In this document: positions 9,081 through 16,969 of the stretch, one piece after another
How positions within the stretch are numbered: position 1 is the stretch's first letter
How the letters are laid out: every line of letters starts with the position of its first letter
Origin: Promethearchaeota archaeon
GTDB lineage: Archaea > Asgardarchaeota > Lokiarchaeia > Sigyniarchaeales > SOKP01
DNA length: 28,040 nt
Direction: 5' to 3'
Assembly: GCA_019058365.1 (NCBI GenBank)
Contig: JAHPZE010000043.1
Span: 1-28,040, forward strand
Notes under the pieces: model-generated
Told to the model about the DNA's origin: nothing
Seen by the model: the letters and a program-made list of their open reading frames with translations, nothing else
Databases searched by the model: none
Made by a program: the position numbers and the translations under genes

Positions 9081-10367
9081 TTATTTTTTATTTTTTATTC
9101 TTCGTAGTTTTAAAATAAGAACTACGCTAATACTCGCAATAACCACAATTAGAAAGAAATTACCGAAAGATATTGAAGATTGTTCTTCTGAATCCTCACC
9201 AATCTCGTTGTAGAACATATAAACATTATTATCATTACTTAAAGCTGCGATATATTCTCCAGATTCAGATAATTCTACTGAAAAAACAAGATTATTGGTT
9301 TTAAAAGTTTTTATATTAAACATTTCTTTCTTTTCTATGCTTGCATTTATGTTCGGTCGATTAAAAAGATAAAATCGGTAATCATAACTTCCACATGCAA
9401 TATAATTACTATTACCTGAGATTTCAGCTTGTTCTATTTGATCTTCAGCAGTAAAATTCCAAATTGGGATAAGATTGCCTCTTTCAAATAAATAGAATCT
9501 GTGTTCAGAAGAGACAGTGCCAACAAAATAATCTCCTTCTGCTGATATTGAGACGTGGCCAAAGGGATCGGATGTTTCAAACTCTTGTATTGGCTTAGGG
9601 TTTAATATATCATAAAGGAAAATTGTCCCTGTGACTCCAGTTAAAGTTCCTGCAAGTAAATATTTTTCATTAGCTGAAAGATCTATCGAATATACTGTTG
9701 ACATAGAATCATTTACCCACAAGAGGGGAGTTGTCATTGATCTATTGAATACATGGACGCCAACGCCTAAACCTCCTCCAGCTATTATCTGCCCGTCAGA
9801 AGAAATTTCAACGGTATATACATTATTTCCCATAGAATAATTCCAAATTGGTATTGGACTCATTCTGTCAAAGAGATAAATGTAATCATCCCAACTGCCT
9901 GCAACTATATATTCACCATCAGGAGTTATTGCTACCGATCTGATTAAATCCCCTGCAGTAAAATTCCAAATAGGTGTTGAACTTGATTTATGAAAAAGGT
10001 AGAGTTTATAATCATAAGCAGTAGCAACTATATATTCACCTTGAGCAGAGATAGCTACTTGATCTATTGCTTCATTTAATGTTTTATTCCAAAGAGGTAC
10101 AGGATCTGAAGTGTCAAAGAAATATACATTTCGATCCCAGGATCCTACAACTAAGAATCTACCATTGGGAGTGATTGATAAGCCTCTTCCTCCATCACCC
10201 ATTGTATAGTTCCAAAGTAATGTTGTATTACATGAACTAGAGAAGATTTCATCAGATATGGTACTGTTAAAACCGCTAACCTTCGTATATAAGCTAGAGC
10301 TCGATAATATAAGAAAAGAATTTAATATTATTAGCAAATTCCGGATTGTCTTTTTTTTTAGTGTCAT
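9081..10367 (-). CDS. Secreted WD40/PQQ-like beta-propeller with C-terminal membrane anchor (Loki-CTERM-like)
   Basis: N-terminal basic+hydrophobic signal; ~41-aa repeats (P-x-WN-x-T ... V-x-IS-x-DG-x-YI-x-AGS-x-D); C-terminal SISFGNFF-hydrophobic-RRIKNKK; many N-x-S/T sequons. Confidence 0.85.
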   Translation of the reverse strand: MTLKKKTIRNLLIILNSFLILSSSSLYTKVSGFNSTISDEIFSSSCNTTLLWNYTMGDGGRGLSITPNGRFLVVGSWDRNVYFFDTSDPVPLWNKTLNEAIDQVAISAQGEYIVATAYDYKLYLFHKSSSTPIWNFTAGDLIRSVAITPDGEYIVAGSWDDYIYLFDRMSPIPIWNYSMGNNVYTVEISSDGQIIAGGGLGVGVHVFNRSMTTPLLWVNDSMSTVYSIDLSANEKYLLAGTLTGVTGTIFLYDILNPKPIQEFETSDPFGHVSISAEGDYFVGTVSSEHRFYLFERGNLIPIWNFTAEDQIEQAEISGNSNYIACGSYDYRFYLFNRPNINASIEKKEMFNIKTFKTNNLVFSVELSESGEYIAALSNDNNVYMFYNEIGEDSEEQSSISFGNFFLIVVIASISVVLILKLRRIKNKK

Positions 10368-10434
10368 ATTAGTTTCTTTATTTTATTTTTTAAGTATATA
10401 ATTAACATAATTCGAATAAGGAGTTAATTAATAT

Positions 10435-10448
10435 TATGGTTAACCATA
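10435..10448. promoter_or_regulatory. Perfect 14-bp palindrome TATGGTTAACCATA upstream of the beta-propeller gene
   Basis: Self-complementary; about 70 bp upstream of the minus-strand start at 10367. Confidence 0.35.
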
Positions 10449-10533
10449 TACATAAAAGTATGCTTTAATATCTTTTTAAATAAAAAGTAAAATAAAAGGA
10501 TTTTAAATGATAGGAAGGATAGAGGGGCTTGGT

Positions 10534-12246
10534 TTACAAAATTCCCATACTCCCCATAAGTTTTGTTGTGTCAGGTGTTTCAAAATCAATTTTTACATCT
10601 AACACTGCAGGTTTTCCAGAATTTTTTGCTCTTTCGAATGCGGGCTTTATCTCATTAGGATCGGTTACCACTTCCCCATAACAGCCAAAACCTTCAGCAC
10701 ATTTCGCAAAATCAAATTCTGGAAGGTCTACGTCAATATAGCGTTTTCCCTTGAAAAGTTTTTGTCCAGATTTAATCATACCCCATGAGCTATTATTTGC
10801 TACTACGTATACTAGATTTTTTAAATTTAATCTTACGGCTGTTTCTAAATCTTGCACGTTAATCATAAATGCTCCATCTCCTGCTATTGCTACTACTTGT
10901 TTATCTGGTCTTGCTAATTTAGCACCAATTCCATAAGGTACAGCAGTACCCAATTGACCCATACCTGTAGCAGCTAAGGTTGAGAGTGGTTTTCGTGTAT
11001 TATAGTCATATATTTGTTCTGCTGCTGAAACAGAAATATCTCCACCATCAAGTATCAAAATTGCGTCTTTATCCATTGATTCAAAAATATCTTTGAGGAG
11101 TCTTTTTGGCATAATAGGTATTTTATCTTTAGACAATTTTTTATTTAATTTTTCGATATTACTCTGTCGAGTCTGAACAAGTTGTTCTAACCATTCTCTT
11201 TTTTCTACTTTTTCTATTTTTTTTGCTTTTTCAAGGATTTGCTTTAAAAACTGCTTACAGTCGCCTTGAATACCCAAAGTTATTGGTTTAGCGCGTCCAA
11301 TTATTGAAGGGTCAATATCTACTTGTATTAATGTTTGAGAATCTTTCCAAAAGGGCTCATCACCATGTGCCATTGTCCAAGAAAATTTACATCCTAAAGC
11401 GACAACTACATCTGCTTCTGGTATCACTTTTAATCCCATGCCCGCAACCCCAGCTCCTAATAGATATTTTGATTTTTCGGGTACTGTTCCCATTCCACTC
11501 CCAGTTGTTATTACAGGTAATTGTAAATAGTCAACAAATTCTTCTAATTCATTCCAACCTTCTGCTCGTGAAACTCCTCCACCTGATATCATTACAGGCT
11601 TTTCTGCTTTTAATAAGAGATCAAGTGCTTTTTCTATTAATTCATCTTTAATAGCGGGTTTTTCAATTGAACGATAACTTCCAGTGTTTGGAATAGGTAA
11701 TGCATCTTCTTCGATCTCTTCGAGAAATGCATCTTCAAAGATCTCCAATAAAACAGGTTGAGGACGACCACCTAAAGCCTCTCTAAATGCCTTATGAACC
11801 GCATCTGGAATTTCTTTAATTTTTCGAATGCTTTTTTGATATTTAGTAATTGGTTTATACATCGTAATTTGGTCAAGACTACCCTGCAAGGTAAATGAGT
11901 CTTGAAACTCTGAATTCACTTGAGGTAAAATTGTAATAACAGGAATGTTATCTGCCCAAGCTGCGCCAACACCAGAGATTAAATTTGTTGCTCCAGGACC
12001 GACAGTTCCAAAACAAATACCTGGAGTATTTGTTACTCTTGCCCAAGCATCAGCTGCATGAGCGGCGGCTGCTTCATGTCTAAATAAAACAGTGTTTATC
12101 CCCTGTTCTCGACCCCATTTGTATATTGCATCATACATATTTAAAAATTGCCCACCAGGGATACCAAACATATATTTAACATTCTCTTTAAGGAGACATT
12201 TTATTAGAACGTCACCACCATTAATCATTTTCTTCTCATCTGCCAT
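10534..12246 (-). CDS. Thiamine diphosphate-dependent enzyme (acetolactate synthase large subunit / 2-hydroxyacyl-CoA lyase-like)
   Basis: FGIPGG, RHEAAAAHAADAWAR (catalytic Glu), GPGATN and GDGAF...NNSSWG ThDP motif. ATG at 12246 preferred over the GTG at 12255. Confidence 0.9.
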   Translation of the reverse strand: MADEKKMINGGDVLIKCLLKENVKYMFGIPGGQFLNMYDAIYKWGREQGINTVLFRHEAAAAHAADAWARVTNTPGICFGTVGPGATNLISGVGAAWADNIPVITILPQVNSEFQDSFTLQGSLDQITMYKPITKYQKSIRKIKEIPDAVHKAFREALGGRPQPVLLEIFEDAFLEEIEEDALPIPNTGSYRSIEKPAIKDELIEKALDLLLKAEKPVMISGGGVSRAEGWNELEEFVDYLQLPVITTGSGMGTVPEKSKYLLGAGVAGMGLKVIPEADVVVALGCKFSWTMAHGDEPFWKDSQTLIQVDIDPSIIGRAKPITLGIQGDCKQFLKQILEKAKKIEKVEKREWLEQLVQTRQSNIEKLNKKLSKDKIPIMPKRLLKDIFESMDKDAILILDGGDISVSAAEQIYDYNTRKPLSTLAATGMGQLGTAVPYGIGAKLARPDKQVVAIAGDGAFMINVQDLETAVRLNLKNLVYVVANNSSWGMIKSGQKLFKGKRYIDVDLPEFDFAKCAEGFGCYGEVVTDPNEIKPAFERAKNSGKPAVLDVKIDFETPDTTKLMGSMGIL

Positions 12247-12313
12247 GATATACACTTAATTAAATATATTTCATAAAGTCTGATTTAAACTTTATATTTT
12301 TTAGTTTAAATAA

Positions 12314-13288
12314 TTATCTAATTACTTTAATATGATGATTTAAAGATTTAGGGATAGTCTGAATAAAATTATGCTTGATATTAAGCATTTCAAGTTTGTT
12401 AAATGAATTAATTACTTCAGGAATTTTCTCAAATTTGTTATAGCTAATATCTAATTCTTTAAGTAAAGTAAGTTTTTTCATGGAATTCGGTAATTTTATT
12501 AAGCCGTTTCTCCTTAAAATTAACCTTTTTAAATAAATTAGAGATCCTATAGATTCTGGAATTGCAGATATCACAATTTGATTAATACTATATCTTCTTA
12601 ATGAACATAGATACACGTCAAGATCTTGTAGTTTAGTAAGAGATTTAACAATATCCGTGTTATCCTTAATAAAGTTCCAATTAAAATAATTAAAATTTAA
12701 AATTTCTACATGTTTATTTTTAATTACTAACCAAGGTTCACCATTTTTGATATCACTTAACTCTTCAAAATATTTATAGTTAAAAGGATCAATCTCATAA
12801 TTTCTTTTACCTTTGGCAAATATCACTTCCAAATCTAAAAAAAAAATTGATTCTTGAGGGACTATTCCAATTTTTGAAGAAAATTCTTCACTCCAATAAA
12901 TAAGATCCTTTTCTATTATCTTCAATTGAGGAGAACCAGATTTCTCTAAGAAATTATATAATAATTTTATAACTAAAGGAGATTTTTCATGCTGAATTAC
13001 CCATCTTAATGCGGGTAGACTATCGCCTGGAAAATTATAAATTAAATAATTTGCTGCTGAAGCTCTCACATTAGCGCTATCATCTGATATTAGGTGATTT
13101 TCCAAAGTTTTAAAGATGTTTTCGCTATGAAAATTTATTTTTTCCAATGCTTCAATACTCTTTATCCTAATTTCTGTATTTTCACTACTTTCTATTAATG
13201 AAATTAACAGTTCAGCAGCATTTTCCTTTCCTAAATTTCCAATCAAATATTCTTTTTGAATTTTTTCTGGTATTAAAGATTCTTTCAT
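12314..13288 (-). CDS. HEAT-repeat plus leucine-rich-repeat protein
   Basis: N-terminal HEAT-like repeats (ENTEIRIKSIEAL; DDSANVRASAA; EKSPLV); about three C-terminal 23-aa LRRs (IPESIGSLIYLKRLILRRNGL; LPNSMKKLTLLKELDISYNKF). Confidence 0.85.
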   Translation of the reverse strand: MKESLIPEKIQKEYLIGNLGKENAAELLISLIESSENTEIRIKSIEALEKINFHSENIFKTLENHLISDDSANVRASAANYLIYNFPGDSLPALRWVIQHEKSPLVIKLLYNFLEKSGSPQLKIIEKDLIYWSEEFSSKIGIVPQESIFFLDLEVIFAKGKRNYEIDPFNYKYFEELSDIKNGEPWLVIKNKHVEILNFNYFNWNFIKDNTDIVKSLTKLQDLDVYLCSLRRYSINQIVISAIPESIGSLIYLKRLILRRNGLIKLPNSMKKLTLLKELDISYNKFEKIPEVINSFNKLEMLNIKHNFIQTIPKSLNHHIKVIR

Positions 13289-13295
13289 TTATTTA

Positions 13296-13377
13296 ATTAA
13301 GATTAATAATCCTAGAAACTGAATATTTATCAAATCTTATTAAGATTAATATTTCTTAAAAGCTGAATATTTATCAA
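13296..13377. repeat. Imperfect tandem duplication (~43-44 bp period) in a divergent promoter region
   Basis: ATTAAGATTAATA...CTGAATATTTATCAA at 13296-13333 and 13339-13377; perfect inverted repeat AATCTTA-T-TAAGATT at 13333-13347. Confidence 0.75.
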
Positions 13378-13436
13378 CAATCAACTAATATTTTGAAAAT
13401 GATTTCATAATATTAAGATTTGTAGAAGTGATTATT

Positions 13437-13793
13437 ATGAATATTGAAGAGAAAATTAAATGGAATAAATGTAAAAATTGTGGATTCTTGCAACATACAA
13501 CTCATTTAAGATGTTTACAATGTAAAAGTGATAAATTTGAATCTATAGAGGCTTCGGGAATATGTAAATTATTAACTTATACAATATTAAATGCACTACC
13601 AATGGAATTTAGAGATCAGGAATCTTATGCTCTGGGAGTTGTGGAATTTAAGAACGGAGTAAAAGCTTTAGGACAGCTCGCAAATAAAGACAATTTAAAA
13701 ACTGGTATGCTACTCCAACCTATATATAAAAAAATTTGTAATGATCTAAATGGAACTGAAGTATATTCTTATATATTCAAACCATTAGAATAA
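13437..13793 (+). CDS. DUF35-type Zn-ribbon/OB-fold protein (acyl-CoA-binding, usually a thiolase partner)
   Basis: CKNCG...RCLQCKS rubredoxin-like ribbon followed by LLTYT ... YALGVVEFKNGVKALGQL OB-fold. ATG 13437 preferred because the GTG at 13428 sits in an SD-like GAAGTGAT. Confidence 0.87.
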   Translation: MNIEEKIKWNKCKNCGFLQHTTHLRCLQCKSDKFESIEASGICKLLTYTILNALPMEFRDQESYALGVVEFKNGVKALGQLANKDNLKTGMLLQPIYKKICNDLNGTEVYSYIFKPLE

Positions 13794-13888
13794 CTTATAA
13801 AATATAGAAATCTTCTCTTTATTATAATATTTTAAAAATATCATAGACTAAATTAAAATAATAGTTATAAAATACTCTTATATTTTCC

Positions 13889-14461
13889 ATGAATGAAAAA
13901 TTAAAAATAAGATTTTCTGGTAGAGGAGGTCAAGGCATCAAATTTTTAGGAAGTGTATTAGTCCGAGTTGCTATGGCTGCTAATTATTATGCGACACTCA
14001 CAGTAGACTATACACCTTCCGTTAGAGGAGGTCCTATTTTTTGTGATGTGATTCTAAACACTGCTCCTATTTCATATCCATTCTGCGATAAAGATGCTGA
14101 TATTTTTATAGCCATAGATCAAAATGGATTTGAGCGCGCTTCTGAATGTATATATGAAAAAACTCACTCCTTTATCGATGAGCATACAATTGCTAACCCC
14201 GAAGAAATAATCCAAAAAGGTATAATCCATCGCGTCCCAATTACAAGACGTGCGGATGAAAAAAAAATGCCCAAGAGCGCAAATATTGTTTGTTTAGGAT
14301 TCCTTTCTGAATATCTTAAAGAGAGTGGAAAAATTGATTTAAAAGAAGAATATTATGATCAAGTTTTAAATAATATGCCAAAACAGTTTAGAGCCATTAA
14401 TATTCAGAGTTATCAGCTTGGTCAAGCTCTCTATCAGGAATTAATAAATAAATTCCAATAA
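13889..14461 (+). CDS. 2-oxoacid:ferredoxin oxidoreductase gamma subunit (KorC-like)
   Basis: IRFSGRGGQG, YTPSVRGG and SANIVCLG motifs. Confidence 0.9.
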   Translation: MNEKLKIRFSGRGGQGIKFLGSVLVRVAMAANYYATLTVDYTPSVRGGPIFCDVILNTAPISYPFCDKDADIFIAIDQNGFERASECIYEKTHSFIDEHTIANPEEIIQKGIIHRVPITRRADEKKMPKSANIVCLGFLSEYLKESGKIDLKEEYYDQVLNNMPKQFRAINIQSYQLGQALYQELINKFQ

Positions 14462-14524
14462 ATCCTATTTCTTTAATAGAACCTTGTAAGATTTGACTTT
14501 TAAATTCTTACCAACGTAGTTTCA

Positions 14525-14558
14525 TATGAAGAAATCATTATTTAATGAGTTTCTTATA
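14525..14558. promoter_or_regulatory. Imperfect inverted repeat in the gamma-delta intergenic region
   Basis: TAT-G-AAGAAA-TCATTA [TT] TAATGA-G-TTTCTT-ATA; possible operator or RNA hairpin upstream of the delta-alpha-beta-hdrA unit. Confidence 0.35.
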
Positions 14559-14651
14559 CTGTGAAAAAGCAAATTTAAAAGAGACTCTATTATTTTAAAG
14601 CATAAGAGAAAAAAAATAGTCAGTGTATATATACAAAAAGATGATCAAAAA

Positions 14652-14939
14652 ATGTTAAAGTCTAAACGAACACCCATTTTACCACCTCCTACCCCCGAGA
14701 AAAAGTATGAGATATTTATAAATTCTGAACAATGTGATGGTTGTGAATTATGTTTATCGTTTTGTCCAAAAGATATAATAGAAATAAGTGAAGATAACTT
14801 CAATAGTCGCATGCTCCACTATGCAATTGTGGTTAAACCTGAAGAATGTGCAGGGTGCAGACAATGTGAACGGTTATGTCCTACAGTTTCATTATATATT
14901 TTGGAAACAGATATTAAGGAGGTTAATAATAGTGAGTAA
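14652..14939 (+). CDS. 2-oxoacid:ferredoxin oxidoreductase delta subunit (2x[4Fe-4S] ferredoxin, KorD-like)
   Basis: CDGCELCLSFCP and CAGCRQCERLCP; overlaps the alpha-subunit start. Confidence 0.9.
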   Translation: MLKSKRTPILPPPTPEKKYEIFINSEQCDGCELCLSFCPKDIIEISEDNFNSRMLHYAIVVKPEECAGCRQCERLCPTVSLYILETDIKEVNNSE

Positions 14940-16077
14940 GGTAAAGTTCCAAGAAAAAAGAATACTAACTACTGGAAATTATGCATGTGCAGAAGGTGCG
15001 ATTACAGCAGGATGTTTATATTTTGCGGGTTATCCTATCACACCATCCTCAGAAATTGCGGCTTACATGTCAAGACGACTTCCTCAAGTTAATGGGACAT
15101 TTGTTCAAATGGAAGATGAGCTGGCTTCAATCACAAGCTGTTTTGGAGCTTCTTATGCTGGAAAGAAAGCGATGACTGCAACTTCAGGACCAGGTTTTTC
15201 ACTTATGGCTGAAAGTATAGGTTTGGGCGTGATGTTAGAAGTACCAACAGTTATTGTCACAATAATGAGAGGAGGTCCTAGTACAGGACAACCTACAAAT
15301 GCATCTCAATCTGATGTATATCAAACGAGATATGCTTCTCATGGAGACTATGAAATAATCGTATTAGCCCCATCTACAGTTCAAGAAATGTACGATTTGA
15401 CCATACATGCATTTAATTTATCTGAAAAATATCGTATACCTGTAATTGTCGCTTCAGATGGAATTTTAGGACAAATGATGGAGGTTGTTAATATACATTC
15501 AAATATTCAATTAATAGAGCGTAAAAAACCTCAAGTTCCACCTGATAAATATAAACCTTTTGAAGCTTTTGATGATGATCTTGTGCCTGGAATGGCAATA
15601 GCAGGAACTGAATATTCTTTTTATGTTACAGGTTTAACTCATGATATAGAGGGAAATCCAGAAATGACACCAGAAGCGGCAGAAGTTCTCATTAAACGGC
15701 TTTGTGATAAAATTAGGAAAGCAAGACCTCAAATTAATGATTGGGAGGAAAAATATTTAGACGATGCTGATATCGTTATTTTAGCTTATGGAATTAATGC
15801 AAGAGGGGTGCCAGAAGTCGTTGAGCAAGCACGCCAAAAAGGATATAAGGTGGGACTTGTACGATTAAAAACTCTATGGCCCTTTCCTGATGAATTAATG
15901 GAAAGAATAGGACAAATGGGGGTTTCAAAGGTTATCGTCTGTGAAATGAACAATGGGATGGTAATTAGAGAAGTTCAGAGATTTCGGCATTTGTTTAATG
16001 TTTCTGGTATTACAATTCCTACCACCATACCTTTTAGTCCTAAATTTATTTATGAGAAGTTTATGAAGGAGGTTTAA
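14932..16077 (+). CDS. 2-oxoacid:ferredoxin oxidoreductase alpha subunit (KorA-like)
   Basis: GNYACAEGA, AGYPITPSSEI, QMEDE, TATSGPGFSLM and RGGPSTG. Real start is probably GTG 14932 after SD AGGAGGT (14917-14923), not 14788. Confidence 0.93.
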   Translation: MSKVKFQEKRILTTGNYACAEGAITAGCLYFAGYPITPSSEIAAYMSRRLPQVNGTFVQMEDELASITSCFGASYAGKKAMTATSGPGFSLMAESIGLGVMLEVPTVIVTIMRGGPSTGQPTNASQSDVYQTRYASHGDYEIIVLAPSTVQEMYDLTIHAFNLSEKYRIPVIVASDGILGQMMEVVNIHSNIQLIERKKPQVPPDKYKPFEAFDDDLVPGMAIAGTEYSFYVTGLTHDIEGNPEMTPEAAEVLIKRLCDKIRKARPQINDWEEKYLDDADIVILAYGINARGVPEVVEQARQKGYKVGLVRLKTLWPFPDELMERIGQMGVSKVIVCEMNNGMVIREVQRFRHLFNVSGITIPTTIPFSPKFIYEKFMKEV

Positions 16078-16080
16078 GAT

Positions 16081-16965
16081 ATGAGTCCATCAGATCAAAT
16101 CTCAATCCCCCCTGAAGCGCTGGGTCATCCCTTAATAGATATGTTAAATTTACACCGATTTATTTTTTGTCCGGGTTGTTTAATTGGGACTGTAATTACA
16201 TCAATTACAAGCTGCCTAAAAGAAAGAGGACTCACATCTAAAGATTATGCCATTGTATCTGGCATAGGATGTACTGGTCGATCTAGTGGCTGTTTTAAAG
16301 CACCTGCCTTCCATACTACACATGGGAGAGCTATACCCTTTGCAACGGGTATAAAATTAGCAAATCCTAAATTAAAAGTTATAGTTCTATCGGGAGATGG
16401 AGATCTTTTTGCTATTGGTGGGAATCATTTTATCCATGCTGCAAGAAGAAATATAGAACTAACGGTGCTCTGTATTAATAACAATATATATGGGATGACT
16501 GGAGGTCAAGTAGCCCCTACAAGTCAGATTGGTGACATCACTTCAACAACCCCATATGGAAATGTAGAACCTCCCTTCAATTTGGTAAGCCTAGCAGCTG
16601 CGTCAGGAGCAACATATGTCGCTAGATGGCCTGCATATGACACACTTAGATTACAAAAAAGTATTTTTAAATGCATAGACAATCAAGGATTCAGTTTTAT
16701 AGAAGTACTTGCTCCTTGTTTTATCCAATATGGGTCTAAAAATAAATTAGGCGATGCTGTAGAGATGCTAGATTGGTTAAAAAAGCAAATTAGGATTAAG
16801 CTTGATTGGCCCCCTCATCAGGCAACTTTTGATTTTAAGAAAGGGATTATTATTTGCGGAGAATTTGTGGAAGAGGAGCGAGAAGGATTTAGCAAAAAAA
16901 TAGAACAAGTTCGAAATAATGCACAAAATAAGAAAATAGTAAGAGAAATTAAAGATAGTGCCTAA
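16081..16965 (+). CDS. 2-oxoacid:ferredoxin oxidoreductase beta subunit (KorB-like, ThDP-binding)
   Basis: FCPGC, SGIGCTGR, HGRA, GDGDLFAIGGNH and NNNIYGMTGGQ; SD AGGAGGT upstream. Confidence 0.93.
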   Translation: MSPSDQISIPPEALGHPLIDMLNLHRFIFCPGCLIGTVITSITSCLKERGLTSKDYAIVSGIGCTGRSSGCFKAPAFHTTHGRAIPFATGIKLANPKLKVIVLSGDGDLFAIGGNHFIHAARRNIELTVLCINNNIYGMTGGQVAPTSQIGDITSTTPYGNVEPPFNLVSLAAASGATYVARWPAYDTLRLQKSIFKCIDNQGFSFIEVLAPCFIQYGSKNKLGDAVEMLDWLKKQIRIKLDWPPHQATFDFKKGIIICGEFVEEEREGFSKKIEQVRNNAQNKKIVREIKDSA

Positions 16966-16969
16966 ATAT

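Noticed and set aside
14788-14931. 48-aa N-terminal extension of the OFOR alpha subunit in the ORF track
   Set aside because: Overlaps the delta gene in another frame; a strong SD and GTG at 14932 match the normal alpha start.
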